Shown in pieces: positions 1 to 9,848 of a DNA stretch of 51,692 bases (its first letter is position 1; the number at the start of each line of letters is the position of its first letter). Below the pieces are notes generated by a model. That model was not told where the DNA came from, ran no database searches, and saw only the letters and a program-made list of their open reading frames with translations. This DNA is from Candidatus Woesearchaeota archaeon (GTDB lineage Archaea; Nanobdellota; Nanobdellia; SCGC-AAA011-G17; GW2011-AR17): assembly GCA_017608525.1 (NCBI GenBank), contig JAFCFS010000004.1:1-51692 (forward strand), given 5' to 3'. The position numbers and the translations under genes were made by a program.

Positions 1-336
1 CCAGATTAATTTGCCTAGTGCCGTGGCAGTTAAAACATCAAGGTAGTTATCACCATTAAAATCTGCTGTCTTGGTAATGAAGGTTTGATTGACAATAACT
101 CCTGAAGCAATTACATGCGGAATAAATGTTGTATTATCGCCACTATTTTCAAACAACATCAATTTGCTTGGACCTGTTTGCTTAAATTCATAGCCTGGTA
201 AATTTAGAATTTTCAACAAATAGTAGATTACCCCACCACTTGTCGCTATAACTGCATCCTTTCCATTTTTTCCATCAAAGTCTACTATTTCTATTCCCAT
301 AGCATCAGGTGTATAGCCTTCACCTCCAGCAATCAT
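1..336 (-). CDS. FG-GAP/VCBS-repeat surface protein, partial (runs off the window start)
   Basis: An open frame not in the ORF track runs off the edge. Its ATG at 336-334 overlaps the TGA of the upstream 891-aa gene (ATGA). My translation is MIAGGEGYTPDAMGIEIVDFDGKNGKDAVIATSGG...TADFNGDNYLDVLTAT, which contains two FG-GAP-like DxDGxxxxD/Dxxxxxxxx units. Confidence 0.5.
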   Translation of the reverse strand, partial: MIAGGEGYTPDAMGIEIVDFDGKNGKDAVIATSGGVIYYLLKILNLPGYEFKQTGPSKLMLFENSGDNTTFIPHVIASGVIVNQTFITKTADFNGDNYLDVLTATALGKLIW

Positions 337-3008
337 TGTTTCATTGTTTGGGTCCATTTTGTCCAATTTCCCCTTAGCTCACATTTTTCAGGATAAAGTT
401 CTGTCAAATTAAATGTAAAACTTATTGTGTGATATGTTTGATTCCAATTGTTTTCTGGAGTAATTATTTCAAGTAGAGGATTTTCGTAATCATAAAGCCC
501 AAAATCAACAAATGCATTTGTCCCATTAAGAAGTCCATTATTTGGGACAATCCTTAATGTATAATTTCCAAATTCTAGTCCATAAATATTCCATAAATAA
601 GAAGTAGAAGTGGTTGTTGCAATATAACTCCAATTTCCGTTTTTCTTTTTATAATCAAGTCTATAAGAGATTTGACGATTGCTACTTTGCTTCTTCCAAG
701 TTATACTTAGATAACGCCCTGAGTATACAGTATTGTTTAATGGATGTGTTATATTAACCAAACCACATTCATTCTTTCCAATAAACTCTTTTGTTATATT
801 CTCCTGATAAAAATTCCCTTCGCTACTCCAAACTTTTGTTTCATTGAAAATTTGAAACTCGTTTATTGCTATGCTATAATAGTTTTGATCTTCTGAATAA
901 TTCAATCCTCCCTCTTGAAATACTCTCCAATATCTTGCTTTTACGTATATGTTTTCTTCTACATCCGGGACACAATTTTGGCAATATGTTGAATTTATGT
1001 CTAATTGAGTTACATTTCTCCAAGAATAATTAACCCAATTAATTCCATCGTTTGAATATTGCAGTGTCCTATTTTTGCTTCTACTACCATAATACCACAC
1101 AATAACAATTTTTGAAACGTTAATTTCCTCACCCAAATCGATTTCAAGCCATTGATCTATAGAGTCTGTCCTATTCGATACCCATGTTGTTTCCAAGTCA
1201 TTATCTGCCACTAAAGAAGGATAATTGTTTTCATAATAGCTACTAGAATATGTATCCTTATCCAAAGCAACATTTAAGTATGAAAAATTTATTGGTTTGC
1301 AAAAACTTAAATTGCTGTTTCCAGAAACTCCTCCTCCATAAAAATCGTTTAACCAAGCAAGACCACAACTTTTATTTCTTAAAATAAGGTCGTATTTATT
1401 TTTAAAAGTATTATTTGTTAATGTGACATTGATTAAAAAATCGCTTGCATTGATATACATTCCACCAATATTAAAATTCGAGATTATATTATTTACAATT
1501 GAGATATTTTCTAGATTTTTTGACGACTCAAGTAATATTCCAATTCTCCCATTGTTATTACCATATAAAAAATTGTTTTTTACTACACTTCTCTCGCTAT
1601 TCCTCAAATTTATAGCTATTCCAGATGTGATGTTGCAATTTTCTATTTTCAAACCTGAATAATTGCCGTAAATTGATGTTGTGTTTTCACTTCCAATAAA
1701 AACGCTTCCGCTGCAATTAATTGTTTGGTTTGCATTCCTCAAAACAAGTCCGTAATCACCGAAGAAATAGTATTTTGCCAGTTTTTGATTTTTATAAATT
1801 TCCTCTATCTTTTTTTCAGGTAAGGTTATATTGTAAACAAAAAGGTTATCTATTACACCTTTAAACCAAAGTGTTTTATTTATTGGGTCCCCACCGATGT
1901 AGAAATTTTCATCAACACCAAGAAGGGATGAATTTGTGGAATTTTTAAATACTCCATTTACATATATAGAAAAAGAGGTTGAATTATGGGAACAAACGAT
2001 ATGAATCCATGTATTTGTTTTAACATCAGAACATGAAGAATTTCCTAAAGGAGAAACGCAACAGCTTTCATTGTTTGTTGCATTGAATACCAAATAATAA
2101 CCATAGCCAGATGCATTTTTCTGCTGAACAATAATCGAAGAATTTTTATTTTTTATGTAAACCCATCCGCCAAATGAAAAATTTAACGAATTCGACAAAC
2201 TAGAAATAGATGACAAGTTAATAAATTCGTTGCCGTTAAATTCTAACCCATAGCCAAATTTTCCTTGAGTCCAACTAGGAGAAAATGTTCCATTTCCCAA
2301 TCCTAAAGTCCCGTTGTTCTTGTTTATACTTAAATCTTCAGTAATATTTCCAGAACCTTCATCAAAATCAAGACCCAATTCAAGCCCACTTTGGTTATAT
2401 TTAGCAATAGAATACCAAGATTCGATTTTTGCGTGTACATAAGGGTCGGAAATTACACAATAGTTTTGCGTCCCATTTACATCAAAAAGACAAGAGGTTA
2501 ATGTTTCGTAAGTGTTTCCTCCTATCTTATAAGCTGAGAAATGTGGTGCGTAGAATGAGACAAAGTTTTTCCCTAACTTAATGTTCTTTATTTCTTTCCA
2601 CCCTTTGCAAAAAAATTTATTCTCGTCAAATTCTTCATCGCTACAAAAATAAATTCTTGGAATGGCTGCAATCCCCTCATAAAAAACTCTAATCAATCCC
2701 TTAACATGTTTATTTCTTTCTTTTACATAAATTAAATTTCCTTCTTTCTTGACATACCCGACATTTTGTGGATTTTTAATTTGGAGTTCAATATTCCCAC
2801 CTTTGAGCTTGATTTCTCCTTTTTCAAATTTAACATCGAAACCTTCCACTTTTTTTTCAATTGCTAAAGAAATACATTCCTCACATTGTTTTGTTAAAAT
2901 TTTTTCCTCTCCATAAAAGAAATTTTGAAATTGATTTAATTGGTTTTCCATATAGAAGAAAGATGTTACAAATATAAGCAATACAAATAATAAACCTCCC
3001 TTTTTCAT
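333..3008 (-). CDS. Large secreted/surface glycoprotein: signal/anchor, LamG (concanavalin-like), parallel beta-helix repeats, F5/8 type C (discoidin) domain, FN3-like C-terminus
   Basis: The N-terminus is hydrophobic (LLFVLLIFVTSFF). A LamG-like block runs LDFDEGSGN...VIDNLFVYN. PbH1-like repeats include IENCNITSGIAINL and ISIVNNIISNF. The discoidin-like block is DNDLETTWVS...WLEIDLGEEINVSKIVIVW...YWRVF. I counted about 45 N-x-S/T sequons by eye. Confidence 0.7.
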   Translation of the reverse strand: MKKGGLLFVLLIFVTSFFYMENQLNQFQNFFYGEEKILTKQCEECISLAIEKKVEGFDVKFEKGEIKLKGGNIELQIKNPQNVGYVKKEGNLIYVKERNKHVKGLIRVFYEGIAAIPRIYFCSDEEFDENKFFCKGWKEIKNIKLGKNFVSFYAPHFSAYKIGGNTYETLTSCLFDVNGTQNYCVISDPYVHAKIESWYSIAKYNQSGLELGLDFDEGSGNITEDLSINKNNGTLGLGNGTFSPSWTQGKFGYGLEFNGNEFINLSSISSLSNSLNFSFGGWVYIKNKNSSIIVQQKNASGYGYYLVFNATNNESCCVSPLGNSSCSDVKTNTWIHIVCSHNSTSFSIYVNGVFKNSTNSSLLGVDENFYIGGDPINKTLWFKGVIDNLFVYNITLPEKKIEEIYKNQKLAKYYFFGDYGLVLRNANQTINCSGSVFIGSENTTSIYGNYSGLKIENCNITSGIAINLRNSERSVVKNNFLYGNNNGRIGILLESSKNLENISIVNNIISNFNIGGMYINASDFLINVTLTNNTFKNKYDLILRNKSCGLAWLNDFYGGGVSGNSNLSFCKPINFSYLNVALDKDTYSSSYYENNYPSLVADNDLETTWVSNRTDSIDQWLEIDLGEEINVSKIVIVWYYGSRSKNRTLQYSNDGINWVNYSWRNVTQLDINSTYCQNCVPDVEENIYVKARYWRVFQEGGLNYSEDQNYYSIAINEFQIFNETKVWSSEGNFYQENITKEFIGKNECGLVNITHPLNNTVYSGRYLSITWKKQSSNRQISYRLDYKKKNGNWSYIATTTSTSYLWNIYGLEFGNYTLRIVPNNGLLNGTNAFVDFGLYDYENPLLEIITPENNWNQTYHTISFTFNLTELYPEKCELRGNWTKWTQTMKQ

Positions 3009-3104
3009 AAAAATTTAAAATCTTTTTGTATATTTATAATTTTTCAGTTATCCTTTACTTTTTTCGCAAATTTTAAAAGTTATTCATGAGAGAGTAGTAT
3101 TGCA

Positions 3105-3488
3105 ATGGAAAAAATAAGTGCTGAAAAAGCGCCTAAAGCAATTGGACCATACTCCCAGGCAATCAAATCTGGAAACTACATTTTTTTATCGGGTCAGATA
3201 CCAATTAATCCGGAAACTGGTAAAATAGTGAATGGTGGAATAAAAGAGCAAACCGAAATTGTAATTAGGAATATAATTGAAATCTTAAAGGCAGCAGGTT
3301 CAAATATTGAGGATGTTGTTAAAGTTAATGTTTATTTAGCAAGCATGGAAGATTTTGAAGAAATGAATTCTGTTTATGCTAAATATTTTTTAAATAGGCC
3401 GGCGAGAAGCACTATAGAAGTAGGAAAACTGCCAAAAGGTGTGAAAATTGAAATTGATGTAATTGCGGAGGTGAAAAAAGATGGTTAG
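3105..3488 (+). CDS. ridA: RidA/YjgF/TdcF-family reactive enamine/imine deaminase
   Basis: The protein is 127 aa. The N-terminus [25 protein letters not shown] and the C-terminus [23 protein letters not shown] are typical of the family. Confidence 0.85.
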   Translation: MEKISAEKAPKAIGPYSQAIKSGNYIFLSGQIPINPETGKIVNGGIKEQTEIVIRNIIEILKAAGSNIEDVVKVNVYLASMEDFEEMNSVYAKYFLNRPARSTIEVGKLPKGVKIEIDVIAEVKKDG

Positions 3489-4647
3489 TTATAATGAACA
3501 AAGAAAAAGAGCTGTTCATGAAAGAATTGGAAATGGTTACGATGATATTTTGGAAATGATTGCTAAATATATCGATAAAGAAATTGTGCCTGGTGAAAAA
3601 GAAAGGGACGAGAAGAAAATATTTCCTAGAGATAAATTGGAGGAGTTAGCAAATTTGGGTTATATTTCAATTCCTTTCCCATCAAAATACGGGGGAAGTG
3701 ATTTGCCATTTTTAGTTTACACGGTGTTTATAGAAATGCTATGCGAAGCTTCTGCAAGTTTGGGGATTACTGTTGCAATACACGGAACAGTTTGTGATGG
3801 GATAGAAAAATTTGCAAGCAATGAATTAAAAGGTAAATATTTAAGCGACCTAGTAAAAGGAAAAAAATTAGCAGCTTTTGCACTAACCGAGCCTGATTCT
3901 GGTAGCGACGCTGGAAGTCTAAAAACAAGTGCAGTTCTAAAAGGAGATCATTATGTATTAAATGGCAGAAAAATGTTTATAACAAATGCAGGAGAGGCAG
4001 ACATTTATTTTGTTATGGCGAGAACATCAAAGGGAATAAGCTCCTTTATAGTCGAAAAAGATTTTGAAGGTTTTGAAGTTGGCCAGTTGCTTGAGAAAAT
4101 GGGTATTAGGGCTTCAAAAACCGGAGAACTAATTTTTAACGATTGTAAAGTTCCAAAAGAAAATTTAGTTGGAAGTGAAGGAAAGGGGTTGAAGTATGCT
4201 TTAACAATGCTGAATAGCGGAAGGATTACTGTTGGTGCATACTCCCTTGGAATTGCACAGGCTGCATACGAAAAATCTTTAAGGTACAGCAAAGAAAGAA
4301 AACAATTTGGTGATTACTTGGCCAATTATCAACTTATTAGAGAAAAATTAGCCAATATGTCAATCAAAATAAGTGCAGCAAGGCAACTTGTTTATCATGC
4401 AGCTAACTTAAAAGATAAAGGACTCAATTTTGAGAAAGAGGCGGCACAGGCCAAACTTTTTGCATCAGAGGAAGCCGTTAAAATTTGTCTGGATGCAATT
4501 CAAATACACGGCGGGATGGGTTATATGGTTGATACAGAAGTTGAAAGATTGCTTAGGGATGCAAAAATGGCAACGATTGGTGAAGGAGCAACTGAAATCC
4601 TTTTAGATAAAGTAATTGCCCCAAGGTGTTTGAAGGAGGTAAAATGA
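3481..4647 (+). CDS. Acyl-CoA dehydrogenase (short-chain/butyryl-CoA dehydrogenase-like)
   Basis: The protein is 388 aa. ACAD motifs are [19 protein letters not shown] and [22 protein letters not shown]...GEGATEI. It overlaps ridA by 8 nt. Confidence 0.85.
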   Translation: MVSYNEQRKRAVHERIGNGYDDILEMIAKYIDKEIVPGEKERDEKKIFPRDKLEELANLGYISIPFPSKYGGSDLPFLVYTVFIEMLCEASASLGITVAIHGTVCDGIEKFASNELKGKYLSDLVKGKKLAAFALTEPDSGSDAGSLKTSAVLKGDHYVLNGRKMFITNAGEADIYFVMARTSKGISSFIVEKDFEGFEVGQLLEKMGIRASKTGELIFNDCKVPKENLVGSEGKGLKYALTMLNSGRITVGAYSLGIAQAAYEKSLRYSKERKQFGDYLANYQLIREKLANMSIKISAARQLVYHAANLKDKGLNFEKEAAQAKLFASEEAVKICLDAIQIHGGMGYMVDTEVERLLRDAKMATIGEGATEILLDKVIAPRCLKEVK

Positions 4648-5846
4648 AGAAAAAAGATTACGGATTAATTACAAAGCTTTTGCATTTGCCAAAGAAGAAA
4701 AATCCAGAGAATTCGCACACAATTCCTATATTTCAAACTTCAACATTTACATATGATAGCGTTGATGACGGAGCAAAAAAGATTAGTGGTGAAAAAGAAG
4801 GTTATGTTTATACAAGAATAGGAAACCCTACTAGAAAAATTCTTGAAGAAAAACTTGCGTTGCTGGAGCATGGAGAAGATGCTATAGTCTTTGCTTCAGG
4901 CATGGCAGCAATTTCAACAGTTATAGTTACATTTGCCAAAAGTGGAGACCATATAATATGCGGGAGGACACTTTACGGATGTACAGATAGTTTGTTTTCT
5001 AAACAGCTTAAAAACTTAGGTATGGAGATTAGTTTTGTTGATTTAAGAGATGCATCAAATCTTGAAAAATACATAAGGGAAAATACTAAAATTGTGTATT
5101 TTGAAACACCTGCAAATCCAACAATGGAAATAGTTGACATAAAAAAAGTTTCAAAACTAGCAAAAAAGTACAATCTCAAAATTATAGTTGATAATACATT
5201 TGCAACTCCATATAATCAATTGCCAATTACCCTTGGAGTAGATATAGTTGTTCATAGTCTAACCAAATATATAAATGGTCATGGTGATGTTATTGCAGGA
5301 GCAGCGATTGGTAAAAAAGAAGACATAGAAAAAGTTAGGGAAAAGCTAATAGACTTTGGAGGAATTTTAGGGCCAGAAGATTGTTATAGGGTAATAAGGG
5401 GGCTTGCTACTTTTGTTTTAAGGATGGAAAGGCACAATGAAAATGCAATGAAGCTTGCTAAATTCTTGGAAAGGCACGAAAAAGTAAAGAAGGTTTATTA
5501 TCCAGGATTAAAGAGCTTTCCACAACACAAGCTGGCGAAAAAACAAATGAAAACGCCTTATGGAAGAGGATTTGGAGGAATGCTCAGTTTTGAATTATAT
5601 GGAGGGTTTGGAAAAGGAAAAAAATTTATGAATTATCTTGCTCGAAATTCCTTTATAAAATTGGCTGTAAGTTTGGGTTGTACAGACACATTGGTGCAGC
5701 ATCCAGCATCTATGACTCATGCAAAAATACCAAAGAAAGATAAACTTGCTAAAGGAATAACAGATAGCTTAATTAGAGTATCTGTTGGAATTGAGGATTA
5801 CAGAGATATAGAGGAAGAATTTAGAAAAGTACTAGATTATGTGTGA
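4644..5846 (+). CDS. Cys/Met-metabolism PLP enzyme, methionine gamma-lyase-like
   Basis: Motifs are PIFQTSTF, YTRIGNPT, VDNTFATP and the PLP-lysine motif SLTKYINGHGDVIAG. The preferred start is ATG 4644, behind GGAGGT and overlapping the ACAD stop (ATGA). The ORF track starts at GTG 4626. Confidence 0.75.
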   Translation: MKKKDYGLITKLLHLPKKKNPENSHTIPIFQTSTFTYDSVDDGAKKISGEKEGYVYTRIGNPTRKILEEKLALLEHGEDAIVFASGMAAISTVIVTFAKSGDHIICGRTLYGCTDSLFSKQLKNLGMEISFVDLRDASNLEKYIRENTKIVYFETPANPTMEIVDIKKVSKLAKKYNLKIIVDNTFATPYNQLPITLGVDIVVHSLTKYINGHGDVIAGAAIGKKEDIEKVREKLIDFGGILGPEDCYRVIRGLATFVLRMERHNENAMKLAKFLERHEKVKKVYYPGLKSFPQHKLAKKQMKTPYGRGFGGMLSFELYGGFGKGKKFMNYLARNSFIKLAVSLGCTDTLVQHPASMTHAKIPKKDKLAKGITDSLIRVSVGIEDYRDIEEEFRKVLDYV

Positions 5847-5889
5847 GAAAATAAAAAATTTATAAACTTCTAAATTTAAACTTAATTTT

Positions 5890-6462
5890 ATGGAAGATAG
5901 CCTAAAAGAACTTTCTGAGGCTTTAAAAAAATTTAAAGAGTGTGTTATTCTGGCTACTGTCGAAGCTAAAAAATATGCAGAAACAAATATGAAAATAATA
6001 AAGCATTTAGTTGAGGACGAAAATATACCAGGTGTTTACGTTACGCTAAATAAACCATATGCTACAATTAAAGAAGAACTCAAAAAAAATGGAATAGACC
6101 CAAATATGATAATTTTTATTGATGCTGTGACTAAGGTTGCTGGTGGAGAAATTAAAAAAGAAGAAAATTGTTTATTTATAGGTAATCCGGAAAATTTAAG
6201 TGATATCTCAGTTGCAATGGACCAAGCAGTTACAGCTTTGCCTGGCGAAAAAAAATTTGTTTTTTTTGATTCTTTAAGTACCTTGTTAGTTTACAACAAA
6301 CCGCAAACAGTTGCAAAATTTATTCATTTTCTAGCTAGCAAAATGAGGGTTTGGAAAGTTAAAGGCATAATAATATCTTTACAAAAAGAGGAAGATAAAG
6401 AATTAATAGACTTTCTTTCTCAGATTTGTGATTTAACAATAGAACTGGGGGTGAATGAATGA
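5890..6462 (+). CDS. Hypothetical protein, possibly a degenerate KaiC/RecA-like fold without a Walker A motif
   Basis: The protein is 190 aa. The alternating beta/alpha pattern and the FFDSLSTLL segment resemble the Walker-B region of archaeal KaiC-like proteins. No GxxxxGK[ST] is present. The family assignment is weak. Confidence 0.4.
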   Translation: MEDSLKELSEALKKFKECVILATVEAKKYAETNMKIIKHLVEDENIPGVYVTLNKPYATIKEELKKNGIDPNMIIFIDAVTKVAGGEIKKEENCLFIGNPENLSDISVAMDQAVTALPGEKKFVFFDSLSTLLVYNKPQTVAKFIHFLASKMRVWKVKGIIISLQKEEDKELIDFLSQICDLTIELGVNE

Positions 6463-6890
6463 AATTAATTTTAAAAGAAATCTTCAGTACTATGGGTATT
6501 CTTCTAGGGCTGTATTTAATAGTGAAATTTGCAGGCAATGTCGAATTTGCAGTTGGTCTAATTTCTATATCTTTCGGTATATTAGCTGTTATATGGACAG
6601 CGAGGGCAAGAAAGGCCTTATCGAAAGGTTCAACATTAAAATCGTATACTACCCATTTCCTGTTCAGCTTATTATTTATATTAATTTTTTCTGTTCTCTC
6701 TCTTGTGGAAAATCTTTTTTACTCAACGAAAATTATTGGTTTCGCTAAGTATCTTTTCATAACTATCGCATATATCTTGTTTGTTTTTACATCTTATAAA
6801 ATCCTTCATTTAAGTAAAGAATTTGGTTTTGAAATAGAAGCAAAAAAAATAAAAAAATTAATTGAAAAGAAGAAAAAGCTAAGAAAATAG
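6459..6890 (+). CDS. Small integral membrane protein (about 4 TM segments)
   Basis: The protein is 143 aa with four hydrophobic stretches and a K-rich tail. Its ATG overlaps the upstream stop (ATGA). Confidence 0.55.
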   Translation: MKLILKEIFSTMGILLGLYLIVKFAGNVEFAVGLISISFGILAVIWTARARKALSKGSTLKSYTTHFLFSLLFILIFSVLSLVENLFYSTKIIGFAKYLFITIAYILFVFTSYKILHLSKEFGFEIEAKKIKKLIEKKKKLRK

Positions 6891-7595
6891 ATTTTTTATG
6901 ATTTCAATTGTATAAATTATTATGGCTTTTGTTTGCTCTTTTGTTGGCTTAAATGGTACTTTCTTTTTGTGAACAGAGCTTATTCTTACTTGGTTTATTA
7001 AATGAATCTGCTGTGTTATTGCAGGGTCGATATTAACATTTAATTCGGAAAGTTTTGCAACAATTTTTCCTAAGCCTATTCCTGGATTTTTTTCTAAATA
7101 ATCAACACCAGTTAAATCGTAATATTTTTTATGAAGTGCAATTTCTAGTAATCTTCCACATAATATAATAGCACTTCTGTAGCAACCATTTTGGTAACAT
7201 TTTTTTAACTCTTCTATGTCTAAACTAATTTCTTCTTTTATTTCTTGTGGAACTGGTGGTATAGCTATTTTGAGCTCTTCTTCATTTTTTGGGATAAAAA
7301 GCTTTAATAAATCCAAAATTTTGAGCATTTCATCGATTTTTCCTTCCTTATAAAATCTGTTTAAATCTTTAACTAATTCATTTACCTTTTCTTTTTCTTT
7401 GATGGTAATTTTCCAAATCCCGTCGTTAATGGCTTTTATGCTAGAGTAAATTAATCTTTTACAGACTTCTTTTCTCTGACTTTCAAAATTTAAACTAATT
7501 CCACTCCTAATTTCTTCATTTATTTTAATTCCCCTCTCTTTAGCATCCTTCAATGTTTTTTCCAACCTATCAATCGAATTTTCTAAATTAAACAT
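6879..7595 (-). CDS. Hypothetical protein with a DUF4145-like C-terminal domain
   Basis: The protein is 238 aa. The C-terminal segment CYQNGCYRSAIILCGRLLEIALHKKY...INQVRISSVHKK resembles DUF4145 as I remember it. Confidence 0.45.
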   Translation of the reverse strand: MFNLENSIDRLEKTLKDAKERGIKINEEIRSGISLNFESQRKEVCKRLIYSSIKAINDGIWKITIKEKEKVNELVKDLNRFYKEGKIDEMLKILDLLKLFIPKNEEELKIAIPPVPQEIKEEISLDIEELKKCYQNGCYRSAIILCGRLLEIALHKKYYDLTGVDYLEKNPGIGLGKIVAKLSELNVNIDPAITQQIHLINQVRISSVHKKKVPFKPTKEQTKAIIIYTIEIIKNLFS

Positions 7596-7639
7596 AAATT
7601 AAATATATGTGATTGTATTTTTATAGTTTGTGAAGAAAC

Positions 7640-8977
7640 ATGAAAATTGAAATATGTACAATTGGTGGCTATAGCGAAGTTGGAAAAAATATGACAGCGA
7701 TCAAAATAGATAATGATGTTGTAATTTTAGATATGGGTTTTTATATGCCTAAGGTTGTTTCTTTAAGTGAGGAAGAAACTGCTGTAAGTGAATTTTCCAG
7801 GGACGAGCTTATAGGTATTGGCGCAGCACCGGACGATAGTGTAATTTCTGAATGGGAGGGCTGTGTTAGAGCAATAATTTTAAGTCATGCACACCTCGAT
7901 CATATAGGTGCAGTTCCTTACCTTGCTTCAAAATACAGGTGTCCAATTTTTGCTACACCGTACACTATAGGAGTACTTAAGAGTTTATTTTTTGATGAAG
8001 GAATTAAAATAAGAAACCATTTAAAACAGATAAATCCAAATTCGAGAATAAGAATAAGCAATAATATAGTTTTGGAGTTTATTAATATAACACACTCTAC
8101 TTTGCAAACGGTTGTTATAGCACTCCATACTAAAATTGGGTCTATAATTTACGCAAATGATTACAAATTTGACAACCACCCAATAGTTGGTAAAAGACCC
8201 AACTATAAAAGACTTGGAGAGATTTCTAAAAGAGGCGTGATTGCTTTAATAACAGACTCTTTGTATTCCGATAAAAGAATGAAAACTCCTTCGGAAAAAG
8301 TTGCTAGGGAAATGCTGAAAGATGTCATGCTTGGAACCAACAATACTGGAAAAGCTGTTTTTGTTACAACATTTGCCTCCCATATTGCAAGGCTAAAGTC
8401 TATTGTAGATTTTGCAAAGATGATGAATAGAAAGATTGTATTTCTTGGAAGGAGTTTGGGTAAGTACACAAATGTTGCACAAAAACTAAATCTCATCTCA
8501 TTCGGGAGAGAAGTGGAAATTTATTCAGGAAGAAGAAAAGTTGATGAAAAATTAAAAGATATAAACAGAAACAGGGAAAAATATGTTGTTGTTTGTACAG
8601 GAAACCAAGGAGAACCAAATTCGACATTGTGCAGAGTTGCCTATAACGAGACTCCATTTAAATTTGGAATAGAGGATCAGGTAATTTTTTCATGCAAAAC
8701 AATACCAGACCCTGTAAATACAGCAAATAGGGCAATGCTTGAAGATAAGCTTGAAAAACAAAATGTAAGGATATTTAAAGATATACATGTTAGTGGACAT
8801 GCGGCAAGGGAAGATCATAGGGATTTTATTCATTTGCTCAAACCACAACACATAATTCCTGCTCATGGTGATGTGACAAAGCTCACTGCAATGGCTGAAC
8901 TTGCAACTGAACTCGGTTATGTTCTTGGAGAAACAGTACATATAACAAGGGATGGCCAAAAAATGGAAATTATTTGA
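7640..8977 (+). CDS. rnj: Archaeal RNase J-like beta-CASP metallo-beta-lactamase ribonuclease
   Basis: The protein is 445 aa. It has the MBL motif ILSHAHLDHIGAVPYL, and the C-terminal HVSGHAAREDH and PAHGD are typical of beta-CASP motifs. Confidence 0.7.
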   Translation: MKIEICTIGGYSEVGKNMTAIKIDNDVVILDMGFYMPKVVSLSEEETAVSEFSRDELIGIGAAPDDSVISEWEGCVRAIILSHAHLDHIGAVPYLASKYRCPIFATPYTIGVLKSLFFDEGIKIRNHLKQINPNSRIRISNNIVLEFINITHSTLQTVVIALHTKIGSIIYANDYKFDNHPIVGKRPNYKRLGEISKRGVIALITDSLYSDKRMKTPSEKVAREMLKDVMLGTNNTGKAVFVTTFASHIARLKSIVDFAKMMNRKIVFLGRSLGKYTNVAQKLNLISFGREVEIYSGRRKVDEKLKDINRNREKYVVVCTGNQGEPNSTLCRVAYNETPFKFGIEDQVIFSCKTIPDPVNTANRAMLEDKLEKQNVRIFKDIHVSGHAAREDHRDFIHLLKPQHIIPAHGDVTKLTAMAELATELGYVLGETVHITRDGQKMEII

Positions 8978-9848
8978 AAATTTTTTTATCCAACTCAATT
9001 CTTTTATGCTTTCTTCCAAATTTCTCAATCTTAACAAACCCTTTTTCTTCTAGATTTCTAAGTATTCTTATCATGCTTGTTTTTGGTATTAAGAGCTCTT
9101 TACATAACTTTGCCTGAGAAACGGAACCTTTTTTAATTAAATACTGTATAATTTTTTTCTCTCTTTCATTTAATGCAGAAATCATAGCTTTTAATTTGCT
9201 TTTTTTAACCCTTCTTCTTTCATAAAAAACAAAAACTAAAAACAATACAGTAGCTATAAAAATTATAATTTTGGTATGTGTTGAATAAATTTTTTTGTTT
9301 AAAATGATTTCGACATTTTCGTACAATTTTCCATGCTCGACCACTATTTGGGTAAATCCTGCCTTATTGCCACGTGTTGCAAAAATTTTACATTTTCCGA
9401 CAGGAACAAATTCAGCAGAGAAAAATCCAACATTGTCAGTTTCTACGGGATAGAGAATTTCTTTTCTACATTCAAACTTTAATTTTGCTCCTTTAATAAG
9501 GTTATCGAATTCGTCTTTAACAAAACCTTCTATTGTTGCTGTCCTCATCAAATAAACATCTTTTTTAACATTGTCATTTACATCGAGTTCGAATTTTTCA
9601 TAATAATCGTTTCCTTCTGTTTCAGGATAATTAATCATTATTTCGATTTGATGCTTCCCTTCCAAACTTAGATTTAATTTTCCGTTTTTAATCACATATT
9701 TTTCAGCATAGCCGTCTATTTTTACATTTGCTAAGACATCACTAATAAGGGAATTATTTATAGAATCCCTTAATTCTAAAATTGCATTAAAAGCATAGGT
9801 GTAAGGAAGAAGTAAAATTAGAAATAAAAAAAGAAAAAAATTTTTCAT
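8970..9848 (-). CDS. Membrane-anchored winged-helix transcription regulator with an extracytoplasmic carboxypeptidase-regulatory-like beta-sandwich
   Basis: The signal/anchor is MKNFFLFLFLILLL. A CarboxypepD_reg-like block is TIEGFVKDEFDNLIKGAKL...GKCKIFA. The TM segment is IIIFIATVLFLVFVFY. The C-terminal wHTH is EREKKIIQYLIKKGSVSQAKLCKELLIPKTSMIRILRNLEEKGFV. ATG 9848 overlaps the upstream stop (ATGA). Confidence 0.6.
   Translation of the reverse strand: MKNFFLFLFLILLLPYTYAFNAILELRDSINNSLISDVLANVKIDGYAEKYVIKNGKLNLSLEGKHQIEIMINYPETEGNDYYEKFELDVNDNVKKDVYLMRTATIEGFVKDEFDNLIKGAKLKFECRKEILYPVETDNVGFFSAEFVPVGKCKIFATRGNKAGFTQIVVEHGKLYENVEIILNKKIYSTHTKIIIFIATVLFLVFVFYERRRVKKSKLKAMISALNEREKKIIQYLIKKGSVSQAKLCKELLIPKTSMIRILRNLEEKGFVKIEKFGRKHKRIELDKKIFK

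Noticed and set aside
330-340. Frameshift/pseudogene at the junction of the 891-aa gene and the FG-GAP frame
   Set aside because: An ATGA stop/start overlap is used repeatedly in this window (4644, 6459, 9848). Two coupled genes are therefore the simpler reading. It is kept as a caveat in the first finding.
6455-6748. 97-aa ORF overlapping the 4-TM membrane protein gene in another frame
   Set aside because: The alternative frame (6459-6890) gives clean TM helices and an ATGA junction with the upstream gene. This frame gives a Cys/Tyr-rich sequence without structure.
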